From a virus: a stretch of 64,000 nt of DNA. Shown piece after piece: positions 9,705-18,320 of this stretch. How positions within the stretch are numbered: position 1 is the first letter of the stretch; every line of letters begins with the position of its first letter. A program made the translations under genes and the position numbers. The notes under the pieces were generated by a model. The model was given only the letters and a program-made list of their open reading frames with translations. It was not told the DNA's origin and made no database searches. The DNA lies in the IMG/VR virus record IMGVR_UViG_3300028831_000097, positions 1 through 64,000 of that record; one strand, given 5' to 3'.

Positions 9705-10982
9705 ATGCCAGCAGTTGAATTCAGTCAGATCACCGACCTGAAACGACAGGCGGTGGAAGATGACGTGCGCCAGTTCTTCGAGAACAACGACCCCGGCATG
9801 CGCGCGTTCGGCAAGGCGGTAGACAAGCCTAAGATCACCGAGAAGGGGTATCGACTTCCCGACTACTCACGTCGTCCCACTGGTATGACGTGGTTTACCC
9901 CGGACAATTCCGACTTCAATCAGGCCAATGGTCCACAGACTGTGTCGATGTGGGTCTATCCCACCATGTCCGCATGGCCCATGTTGTGGACGGGTTCCGC
10001 TATCGAATCGATGGAGAACGACACTGAGGATAACGTTCAGTCCTATGACCAAGTCATGGTCCAGTACACGGACGTTTTCCGCAAGCGCATGAATCAGTAT
10101 TTCTACGGTACTGGTAATGGCGCGGTGGCTTACTCCGCGTCAACAATCACCACACTGGGATCGCAAACTCTCAGTGGCACAACCACTGCCGCCACCACTC
10201 CCGGCCAGACCAAGGGCACGACGTGGTTGTGGGCGGACGAGGTTTATCAGGCGATTAACGCCTCTACCGGAGCCGTGCGGGGAACATTCACCGTCACCAC
10301 GCCGGGCACGACAAGTTGTACGATTAACCTGCTCAGCGGCACGATCAGCTCTGGCGATCCAATCGTCATCCAAGGCAGCTACCAGCTTGCCATGCGCGGA
10401 CTCTATTGGCTCATCTCGGACCAGAATCGCGTCTTACAGGGTCTCGACACCTCAGTCTATCCCGATCTCAACGTGCCGACTGTCGATCTCGCCGGTGCGC
10501 TGCTAACCCCAGCCGCAATCGAGAACGGCAAGGCGCTGCTTCAGACTCGCAATAACCAAGTTGAAGCTAAGAACAATCTCACAGCTTTTATCACTCCCGG
10601 CCAGTACTCCACGATTCGTAAACAAGGCTACAATCTTGGCTACTACCTTCGTGAAGACGCCGGTTCGGAGACGATGAAAGGCGTGCAGGGCGACTACACC
10701 GACGGCGACACACGCTTCATTCTCGACGCCGACAATGATGAGGATCGCGTACCGCTCACCAAGACGAGTGATTACAAGATCTATGAGATGAAACCATTCG
10801 GCCCCTATAAGCGAGACGGACTTGACATGCGTATGCTGCTGGGCGCGAACCAGACCGGTTCGGACAACTGGCAGAAGGCGGTTGGATGGAAAGGAAATCC
10901 AGCCACGCTCTCAGGTCGAGGTTCGGCACTCATTAAGCGTGCTCAGCTCGCTTATGCTACTCAGATAACGGCGGGTCTTTAA
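9705..10982 (+). CDS. Major capsid protein
   Basis: ATG at 9705 with AAGGAG 7 nt upstream; the 9552 start in the ORF track overlaps the scaffold gene. 425 aa. Position after the scaffold gene. Followed by a strong stem-loop region. Confidence 0.75.
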   Translation: MPAVEFSQITDLKRQAVEDDVRQFFENNDPGMRAFGKAVDKPKITEKGYRLPDYSRRPTGMTWFTPDNSDFNQANGPQTVSMWVYPTMSAWPMLWTGSAIESMENDTEDNVQSYDQVMVQYTDVFRKRMNQYFYGTGNGAVAYSASTITTLGSQTLSGTTTAATTPGQTKGTTWLWADEVYQAINASTGAVRGTFTVTTPGTTSCTINLLSGTISSGDPIVIQGSYQLAMRGLYWLISDQNRVLQGLDTSVYPDLNVPTVDLAGALLTPAAIENGKALLQTRNNQVEAKNNLTAFITPGQYSTIRKQGYNLGYYLREDAGSETMKGVQGDYTDGDTRFILDADNDEDRVPLTKTSDYKIYEMKPFGPYKRDGLDMRMLLGANQTGSDNWQKAVGWKGNPATLSGRGSALIKRAQLAYATQITAGL

Positions 10983-10997
10983 AGGAGGATGTAAACA

Positions 10998-11333
10998 ATG
11001 GCAGCTAACACTTCAAGTAACCCGGCGTTTATCTACGACAACGTTATGCAGAACTGTAAAGTGGTCAATCCTACTACTGCGTATACAGTTCTCGCTGATG
11101 ATAACGTGGTTATCGCGGGTGCGAATTCGATCGCGATCACTCTTACGGCTACGTCAAATTCACCTGTGTATATCACATCAATTGATGGCACGACCCAGAG
11201 GACGGGCGTGACCGCAGTGGTCGGTTCACAGGACTTTGTTCTAGCGGACGGGGGCTGTACGGCGCTCTGTATTCGTTATGGTCCAGCATCGGCGAATCAA
11301 TGGCTTGTCATAGGTAGTAAAACGGCGAGCTAA
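10998..11333 (+). CDS. Small beta-rich virion protein, possibly a head decoration protein
   Basis: AAAGGAGGA RBS; 111 aa, directly after the capsid gene. Shares domain pattern AYT..DD..I...S..(I/V)TL ... W.I.G with the N-terminus of 23471..24061. Confidence 0.5.
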   Translation: MAANTSSNPAFIYDNVMQNCKVVNPTTAYTVLADDNVVIAGANSIAITLTATSNSPVYITSIDGTTQRTGVTAVVGSQDFVLADGGCTALCIRYGPASANQWLVIGSKTAS

Positions 11334-11348
11334 TTCGATCCTTGAATA

Positions 11349-11357
11349 TGTTACAAT
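11349..11357 (+). promoter_or_regulatory. Possible extended -10 promoter element TGtTACAAT
   Basis: Sequence TGTTACAAT in the intergenic gap. No convincing -35, which an extended -10 can tolerate. Confidence 0.25.
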
Positions 11358-11370
11358 GGGCCAACTAAAA

Positions 11371-11401
11371 GCTCCGGCGACTGCCTTAACAGTCCCGGAG
11401 C
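11371..11401 (+). terminator. Strong stem-loop after the capsid/decoration genes
   Basis: GCTCCGG-c-GACTG ccttaa CAGTC-CCGGAGC forms a 12-bp stem with one bulge and a 6-nt loop. No U-tract follows, so it may be a processing or stability element rather than an intrinsic terminator. Confidence 0.45.
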
Positions 11402-11440
11402 ACGGTCCAATCATTACCGGATTAAGGAGAATGATCAGAC

Positions 11441-12217
11441 ATGCACAAGGATACTTACAACCGTAGAAAGCGGCAAGGGCTATGCCCTCTCTGCGGCGCG
11501 ATTCCTTCAGAAGGGTTCGTAAATTGCGCTGAGTGCCGTGTGATTAACAGTCAAAAGGCTAAAGGGTGGCGTAACCGGAGAATAGGTGACGGTCGGTGTG
11601 CTCAGTGCGGGAGGCCGAACACGCGGGGAACGCGAGAATGCGTTGACTGTAGTCAGGAGAAGGGTAGGCGCTCTACCGCGCGAGCGCAACGGCGTCAACT
11701 GGCCCAGATCTGTACTAAGTGCGGCGAGCCACGGGTAGGCAGGTCTAAGTGGTGCTTGAGGCACCAAGAAGATCGAAAGGTTGCTGGTGAACGATGGCGG
11801 CAAACACGCATTGCCGAACACAGATGCGTAAGCTGCGGATTCAAACTGCCGGAAGATTGGAAGATCTTGTCGTGTGTAAAGTGTGTTCACCGTAGCCGTC
11901 TAAAGACTGAGACTATGCGTCGAGAGGTCATTGAGATGTACGGCGGTAAGTGTGCATGTTGCGGGGAGTCAAACTTCTACTTCCTGACCCTAGATCATGT
12001 AAACAATAACGGCGCAGAAGAACGAAGGCACCCGTCAGGGCAGAATAGAATTTGGGCACGCTTACGACGAGAGAAGATAGTGTCACCCGATTACCAAATT
12101 CTTTGTTACAACTGCAACTGTACTAAGGGTCATCTCGGATCGTGTCCGCATACTTGGGAGGATGCAAGTGTGCGGCCTGTCAAGGCAGCGCGAGGCGCAT
12201 TGCGATTAGTTAGCTAA
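11441..12217 (+). CDS. HNH endonuclease with N-terminal tandem CxxC zinc ribbons
   Basis: AAGGAGA RBS. Repeated CxxC...CxxC pairs in the N-terminus. C-terminal motif LDHVNNNG...N...LCYNCNCTKGH. Confidence 0.7.
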   Translation: MHKDTYNRRKRQGLCPLCGAIPSEGFVNCAECRVINSQKAKGWRNRRIGDGRCAQCGRPNTRGTRECVDCSQEKGRRSTARAQRRQLAQICTKCGEPRVGRSKWCLRHQEDRKVAGERWRQTRIAEHRCVSCGFKLPEDWKILSCVKCVHRSRLKTETMRREVIEMYGGKCACCGESNFYFLTLDHVNNNGAEERRHPSGQNRIWARLRREKIVSPDYQILCYNCNCTKGHLGSCPHTWEDASVRPVKAARGALRLVS

Positions 12218-13156
12218 ATGGATAACCATCCGTATAACGACCAGAAGCACTGGGCTGATGCAGGTATCTTTCGCGCCCCGCTGTTTGACGCTACTTCTTT
12301 CCAGCGGAAGATCGACAAGGTAGTCGGCATCAGCCCGTCTGGTCATTCCATCGTCAAGCTCATCTGGGCATGGGAGGCTCGCAAGTGGGAGAACGTGGAA
12401 TGGGATCAATTCGGTAACGCCACTTCTGGTGAATGGCGACAGAAATACCGCGCGCTTACTATCGACATTGGCAACGACGACTACGTGGACATCGCGCCGC
12501 CGAGGTGGCTGCTTGAGGAGAGATACGAACCGCAGGCTATCGCGGAGTCATGGGAACTGACGAGATATCGATTGAAGATCGTCGAGCCTGTCCCAATTAT
12601 GTGTCGCTATTGCAAGTCTCCGGGGCGCTTCTACAGCGTCGAGGAATTAATCTCGATCTTTGCCAAGTGGGACGCAAGTCAGGTGCAGGACGGGAAGGTA
12701 TTTGTTCACTGGGTTGATACGGATCGATCCGAGGGCCACGTCCTCGCCTGTCGCTTCTGTAATATCGACACAGAACTCCGTACCGTGAAACAGGACATCT
12801 GGGGAGAGGTTCCGCGAGAAGGTTGGTACAACTTGCTCCCGCATATTGGAATCATTGCAGACCACGCAAACGGATGCTGCAAGCGCGCCGCGGATGAGTT
12901 TGGTGAGATCTGCTACGGCACCTACAAGGAGCCTGACGGACGTGAGCTAAAGCGATTGAAGAAAGCGATCTCCAAACGTAATCAGGAAGTGGCAACGAAT
13001 CCGCAAATTCGTCCCGAGTTGGACAAAGTCGCACTCGAACAGGCCAAGCGCTGGGGCTTGCAGATGATGGCCGAGCGTGGAGTAAAGAAGCGTGGAGAAC
13101 TGGCCGAGATTCGTCGCGCACACAAGTTCAATAATAACATTGTCTATTCAATCTGA
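12218..13156 (+). CDS. Hypothetical protein with CxxC pairs
   Basis: ATG abuts the upstream TAA. Contains CRYCKS and CRFCNI motifs. Not obviously structural. Confidence 0.55.
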   Translation: MDNHPYNDQKHWADAGIFRAPLFDATSFQRKIDKVVGISPSGHSIVKLIWAWEARKWENVEWDQFGNATSGEWRQKYRALTIDIGNDDYVDIAPPRWLLEERYEPQAIAESWELTRYRLKIVEPVPIMCRYCKSPGRFYSVEELISIFAKWDASQVQDGKVFVHWVDTDRSEGHVLACRFCNIDTELRTVKQDIWGEVPREGWYNLLPHIGIIADHANGCCKRAADEFGEICYGTYKEPDGRELKRLKKAISKRNQEVATNPQIRPELDKVALEQAKRWGLQMMAERGVKKRGELAEIRRAHKFNNNIVYSI

Positions 13157-13168
13157 GAGGGGAAAGGA

Positions 13169-13330
13169 ATGACCGTTACAGGAAATAGCTTTACGGTGGC
13201 AGATATCGATCGGGCAGTGGATCGGGTAAGGGAAGCATTAACGAGACTTCATCTACTAATGGACCTATATCTTGGCGCAATCGACAAATCCAAGGAAGAT
13301 AACTCGCAGGCCAAGAGTGCCTCGAACTAA
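13169..13330 (+). CDS. Hypothetical 53-aa protein (below the ORF-track cutoff)
   Basis: My own translation gives MTVTGNSFTVADIDRAVDRVREALTRLHLLMDLYLGAIDKSKEDNSQAKSASN. GAGGGGAAAGG lies upstream. The ORF exactly fills the gap between neighbouring genes. Confidence 0.45.
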   Translation: MTVTGNSFTVADIDRAVDRVREALTRLHLLMDLYLGAIDKSKEDNSQAKSASN

Positions 13331-13338
13331 GGAGATCT

Positions 13339-14463
13339 ATGAGCGCAGTTGTTGAACGACCCAAACCCCAAGTATTCGACGCAGTCAACTATTTTGACAA
13401 GCGCGTAGCCGGAGCCAACGTCACTCGTTGGGTGTGGTTTCCCGGTGATCTGATTATCCCCGAGCGTAAAGCGGAGATCGACTGGCTGGCAACGGGAGGT
13501 GAGGAGACAACTTCTCCCTGCCTGCAGCGCTACGGACGCGGATTCGTACCACGCGGACTCTCCGCCATCCTCGAACTCGGCGGCGAACCCATCCCCATGC
13601 GCCATCTTGGCGATCTCCAAGCGGTGGCATGGCAGGGGATTCCGTTGAATGAGAACGCGGTGAAGAATAACTTCGGTTTTGTTCCCGTTTATCCCGGCGA
13701 TGGGCTGCGCATCTTACGTCGCTACTCAATGAACGATGGCGGGATTCGCAAAGGATTGGATGAGGACTCGGCGCTACTCGGCAAATCATGGGACGAATGT
13801 CACAACGAGACCGGAGACGGCATTCTCGATGTGATCGAGCGCGAAATGTTTGGTGACGGAATGGAATTGACACTGAGCGGACTGGAGGATCAAATCCGTC
13901 ACGCACAGATCTCCGACATGCGTATTGACATCGGAAAGATGAAGGTGGATCGCCTGCGCATGTGTGATGAATTTCGCAACTGGGCCACGCGCAAAGTGAG
14001 TTACGAACATGGGTTGCTCAAGTCGGGCACAGTGGCGATTGCGAATGATGCTGTAGGTTCGGTGGGGGGATGGTCCTACTCGTATTCACCCGTTACGGAA
14101 ATGCTCCTGCAACAACTCGGTATCCCGCGTCAGGATCAGCCGCTCGCGGAAATGGCCCGCATGATCGGCTCTATGCCGCAACCTGCGCCATCAGGACTGA
14201 GCGCAGCAGACATGGAACTCATTCAGCGTCAGATGTCAACGCAGTTCGAGTCGAAGATCGAGGAGAGACTAGCCCTTGCGCGCGCGGCTGACGCAGAGAA
14301 GATTGCGCGACTCGAAGCCGAACTCTCGCGCAAGGCTGACGCGAATCCGAGACTTGTACGTCGTTCAGTGATGCGTCCTGAGTCTCCGAAGGTTACGGAT
14401 GCACAATCGGTAGACGAAAGTATCAACCTGTCGGAGATCGCTGACGAATCCGGTTCTGAGTGA
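13339..14463 (+). CDS. Hypothetical virion-module protein with a C-terminal coiled coil
   Basis: AAGGAG RBS; 374 aa. Confidence 0.6.
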   Translation: MSAVVERPKPQVFDAVNYFDKRVAGANVTRWVWFPGDLIIPERKAEIDWLATGGEETTSPCLQRYGRGFVPRGLSAILELGGEPIPMRHLGDLQAVAWQGIPLNENAVKNNFGFVPVYPGDGLRILRRYSMNDGGIRKGLDEDSALLGKSWDECHNETGDGILDVIEREMFGDGMELTLSGLEDQIRHAQISDMRIDIGKMKVDRLRMCDEFRNWATRKVSYEHGLLKSGTVAIANDAVGSVGGWSYSYSPVTEMLLQQLGIPRQDQPLAEMARMIGSMPQPAPSGLSAADMELIQRQMSTQFESKIEERLALARAADAEKIARLEAELSRKADANPRLVRRSVMRPESPKVTDAQSVDESINLSEIADESGSE

Positions 14464-14471
14464 GGTGATGC

Positions 14472-15230
14472 GTGGCTTCAATTCAAGGTATGAGCGCGGA
14501 AGTGAGGACGCTGTGTGACGATCCATTGCCACAGAAGCCCTCACTTCGTCGCATCTTACTTGCAGTACTACAAGCCACGCAGTCATTCTACAGCCAATTG
14601 GAAAACTCAGGGACGAGCTGGGTAATCAAACCCGATTATACGCTCACGGTGGCGAACGGAACCTCAGACTACCTCCTCGCTATCGACAATTCATTTGGCA
14701 AACCAGTTCAAGTCCTCACCTACTATCCACAGAATCCAAGCTACATTCAGCGCTATGTCGAGTTTCGCGTCTTCAACGACATGAACTTTGACTGGCCTTA
14801 TCCGGTTAATATCGCGAGCTGGATGTGGACCGATGGTTCTAATTGCACGGCGATGCGAATGGCCTTCTATACGAAAGATGACGGGACGAACTGGGTGCGA
14901 GTATTGCCGCAGCCGCAGTTGAGCGCGAGTTACCTCATTACGTTTCAGGGATCAGACTGGACGAGCAATGCGAGTCTGGAGGATTCGCCCATTCTCAGCC
15001 AGTTCCACTCGCTCATCGAACTCTGGGCCGCTCAGTCTATCCTCCCCTCGTGCCAGTGGAAAGACGACGACAGCTACAATATGAGTCATCGCAAGGAGAT
15101 TGCGCTGGCATTAAAGAATGACGAAGCGAGGATTACAGACGACTTCCGGCAGTACATTAGATCGACCACGATGGATCACATGTCCACTCGCGCATCCTCG
15201 ATGGATGAGTCTTATGGAGGCTGGTGGTGA
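14472..15230 (+). CDS. Hypothetical virion-module protein
   Basis: GTG start; 252 aa; in operon register. Confidence 0.55.
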   Translation: MASIQGMSAEVRTLCDDPLPQKPSLRRILLAVLQATQSFYSQLENSGTSWVIKPDYTLTVANGTSDYLLAIDNSFGKPVQVLTYYPQNPSYIQRYVEFRVFNDMNFDWPYPVNIASWMWTDGSNCTAMRMAFYTKDDGTNWVRVLPQPQLSASYLITFQGSDWTSNASLEDSPILSQFHSLIELWAAQSILPSCQWKDDDSYNMSHRKEIALALKNDEARITDDFRQYIRSTTMDHMSTRASSMDESYGGWW

Positions 15231-15958
15231 GTGTTTCGTATTCGACAATTCTGAGACAGATCGCGGTGACTGTAAACGCGCTCACTGGCGCACTCCCGGC
15301 CTCGTTGCAGACCTCCTACGCCACCGTCCCGCTCACGTCCGCAAACTTTCAGTCGTCCATTCTCCCTTTTGGCTATCTCAAGGATAAGATGCTTAACGCG
15401 CAGGAGAGTTTGTTTCTTGCGCTTGCCTCGACTGCAACTAATCCCCTACGCAGATTTATCGAGTCGCAAACAGATCCCCTCAGCTACGGCGATCAAGTCA
15501 CCACGAACGCAGACGGCCTCCCTGTCGTGGGTGCATACGGAGCAGTGCGAGACGCGGAAACAGGCCGCGTGCTTACCTTGGAAGAAGTTGAGAACATCCA
15601 ACTGCGCGTGATTAATCCTAATTCGATGTTCAAAGTGAAGGTGTATCAGTACGCTATTGTCGGGGATCGCGTCTATCCAACCGTTGACGAGGTGATCGTC
15701 GATGTCTGTGCGTATGAGCGGCCTGATTCAGATGCGCTCGATCTGGAATCTGACATTCTCCTGCCGGACATCCTCGGTCCGGCAATGGTTCAGGGAGCGA
15801 TCTCTGAGTGTTATCGTGATGACGAGTATCTGGAGCAGTCAGGACAGGCGCGTGGATTCTTCAATCAGTGGATTCAGGCACTGCAATCAGGTATGGCCCA
15901 GATCCAGCCGCAGACGAATCCGACGCCGGATGCGCAGACGAAGTACGAGGCAGCTTAG
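15224..15958 (+). CDS. Hypothetical virion-module protein
   Basis: GTG start overlapping the upstream stop; GGAGG upstream. Confidence 0.55.
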   Translation: MVSVSYSTILRQIAVTVNALTGALPASLQTSYATVPLTSANFQSSILPFGYLKDKMLNAQESLFLALASTATNPLRRFIESQTDPLSYGDQVTTNADGLPVVGAYGAVRDAETGRVLTLEEVENIQLRVINPNSMFKVKVYQYAIVGDRVYPTVDEVIVDVCAYERPDSDALDLESDILLPDILGPAMVQGAISECYRDDEYLEQSGQARGFFNQWIQALQSGMAQIQPQTNPTPDAQTKYEAA

Positions 15959-15960
15959 AT

Positions 15961-15974
15961 GTTTCACGAGAAAC
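15961..15974. promoter_or_regulatory. Near-copy (13/14) of the GTTTCACGTGAAAC palindrome
   Basis: GTTTCACGAGAAAC lies in the 53-bp intergenic gap upstream of 16012..16575. Confidence 0.4.
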
Positions 15975-16011
15975 CTTAAATCTTGAGTTTGCACCTTAGC
16001 TTAATTAAGCA

Positions 16012-16575
16012 ATGACTTATACCGAACTGATTACCCGCATCATCTTCGAAGCCCAGCGTGGCGGTGAGAAGGCGGAGCTTGCGAATCTCAACACGCAATC
16101 TGTCGCCGAGTCGATCATGCCGAGCGTATTGCAGGAAGTGACGCAGAAGTATGCGAGTGGGGATTCAAGCAAGCAGTCGCTACTCAGGCAAACGCACGCA
16201 ATCACGCTTACAAACGGCGTCGGTACAATTCCCGATGAAGTAATGACGACCTTTGTCTGGGGGTCTTCGGTCTATATCGATGACGAACCAACGATTGGCC
16301 CACTAATGACCTACACTCCTTGGATCTCCTTTATCAATCCTGCTGACGATCGTCTCGGCTACTACTCCATCCGCGGCACGGACGAATTCTACTGGGCCGA
16401 TCCGGGCGAGAATTATCCAGATCTAACCCGCACCGGCGACGTGTCGCTGACTATTGCCACTGTGCTGACGGTCCCAGATGATCCCGATACTGACACAGAC
16501 TGGCCCGCGGAAGCCGAGAGTGACGTTATAGATCGCGCCGCTGAATACCTCAGAGGGGCGAAGATTGCTGCCTGA
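16012..16575 (+). CDS. Hypothetical virion-module protein
   Basis: 187-aa ORF with no obvious SD sequence. Confidence 0.5.
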   Translation: MTYTELITRIIFEAQRGGEKAELANLNTQSVAESIMPSVLQEVTQKYASGDSSKQSLLRQTHAITLTNGVGTIPDEVMTTFVWGSSVYIDDEPTIGPLMTYTPWISFINPADDRLGYYSIRGTDEFYWADPGENYPDLTRTGDVSLTIATVLTVPDDPDTDTDWPAEAESDVIDRAAEYLRGAKIAA

Positions 16576-18320
16576 TGGGAAAAACTCTAACACCTCGCGT
16601 GATTCGTTCTGGTCCCTATTTCCCCACGCAGCCGCGCACGGGAGATGAAGATAATCGGATATTTCGCAAAAAGGGCTTAATTACCCGCGGACGCGATGGC
16701 CTACTCTATGAAGAATGTCTTCCCGGTCTGGGCGATGTTTCCCCGGATACTCCCGAAACTTTCGATCAAGTCGCACTCACGGGCACGCTCGAACTCACAG
16801 CAGACTCCACGACTATTACCGGGACAGGGACGCAATTCGTCACCGAATGCGGACTGGGCCAGCGTATTGTGGTCATCAATCCCGGTGTGGCGAGCTGGCT
16901 GATCCAGCCACAGCGAATTGTCTCTGATACTGAAATGATTGTATGGGAAGCGCCCGACACGACGATCTCAGGACTAACCGGCTGGCAGATCCAGAAGATT
17001 CAGGCGATTGGCGATAATCAACGCGCAACTTTCCTGCGCGGTAGTCTGGTCAAATCCGACAAGGGCAATTACTTCTCGGCTGGAACTGGTGAACTGCGCA
17101 TCAATGGCGTAGATCTTCCCGGCGCGTCTCTCACGATGACCCTCCAGCCCCAGTTGAGCCTGCTTGATCCCACAGCAGGAACTTACACTAACTTCACTCT
17201 CGGTATGGACATGCCGACCGGGGTGAGCGCAGCAGGAGTTGCAGGCGGCACGAAAGGAATGCAGGCGGGCACGTATTCAGTCGTAGCACAGCCCGCACGC
17301 AAGGAGACAGGAGGATACAATCTCGCCTCGCTCCCGGCCTCGGTAACGATCACTGCCGGACAGAAAGTGCGCGTCACGCTCCCGACGATGGATACTGCGA
17401 ACGGGCAGAACGCATGGCGCATTTCGGTTACCCCTTTTCTTGCCTCATTGGGCACGACGAAGGCAAATCTCCTCGGGCCGTGGTTCTTCTATCAACCCGC
17501 AACGCAAACACTCCCGAACATTACCTGTACGGATAGCGACGTATCCCCGTCGGGAGGGACGTTTGATATCGAATGGCTGGATGCAGAGGTGATCTTCAAC
17601 GACAAGGTAGACTTCACCACGCCCGACGATCCCCCCGTCGAAGCTGACTACGTCGTCTCATTGAATTCAAACCTCGTCTGGTGTAGTTGTCAGGGACGGG
17701 GATTTACAACGCATCCTGAAGCTACCGCACCGGGGCCATTTATCGTGCCCGCGAAGCCGACAAATCCCGAAGCAGCCCCACTAACCCTCGCGTTCTCATC
17801 CTCTCCTCCCGAGACGATTCTGGGCGCATTTGAGGCACAGGGACGAATCTACTTACCCACTACTAATCACTTACAGATTGCTCAAGCCACTCCTGACGAT
17901 GTAACCCCAATTCTTATTCGCCCCTATTGGACAGATGGGTTCGCACACGAGAACCAACTCATCTTCCTCGACGGAGTACTGTACGGATTCACGCTTGGTG
18001 GCCCAACGCGATCCAGCGAGAATGACGACGAGATGCAACGTAACTGGGCGGCTCCAGTGTTTGAGATCACGCGCAACTGGAATGCGGCTCAGGTACTGGT
18101 AGGGTACGATCCAACTGAGGACGTGATTTTATTCTTTCACATTGCAGACTCACTTAACGAAGCCGGATTCTGGACCACGCGTGTGCTGGGATATTCAGTA
18201 GCGCAGCAGATGTGGAATTACGATGACGTGGTTAGCAGCGATGAGCGAGACATGATTCTGGGTGGAGTGGCGACAGTGGGAGATCATTTGGAGGTGACGG
18301 TGGGAGGCCGCGACAGTTGA
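16575..18320 (+). CDS. Hypothetical large virion (tail-associated?) protein
   Basis: TGATG overlap; 581 aa. Confidence 0.6.
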   Translation: MGKTLTPRVIRSGPYFPTQPRTGDEDNRIFRKKGLITRGRDGLLYEECLPGLGDVSPDTPETFDQVALTGTLELTADSTTITGTGTQFVTECGLGQRIVVINPGVASWLIQPQRIVSDTEMIVWEAPDTTISGLTGWQIQKIQAIGDNQRATFLRGSLVKSDKGNYFSAGTGELRINGVDLPGASLTMTLQPQLSLLDPTAGTYTNFTLGMDMPTGVSAAGVAGGTKGMQAGTYSVVAQPARKETGGYNLASLPASVTITAGQKVRVTLPTMDTANGQNAWRISVTPFLASLGTTKANLLGPWFFYQPATQTLPNITCTDSDVSPSGGTFDIEWLDAEVIFNDKVDFTTPDDPPVEADYVVSLNSNLVWCSCQGRGFTTHPEATAPGPFIVPAKPTNPEAAPLTLAFSSSPPETILGAFEAQGRIYLPTTNHLQIAQATPDDVTPILIRPYWTDGFAHENQLIFLDGVLYGFTLGGPTRSSENDDEMQRNWAAPVFEITRNWNAAQVLVGYDPTEDVILFFHIADSLNEAGFWTTRVLGYSVAQQMWNYDDVVSSDERDMILGGVATVGDHLEVTVGGRDS

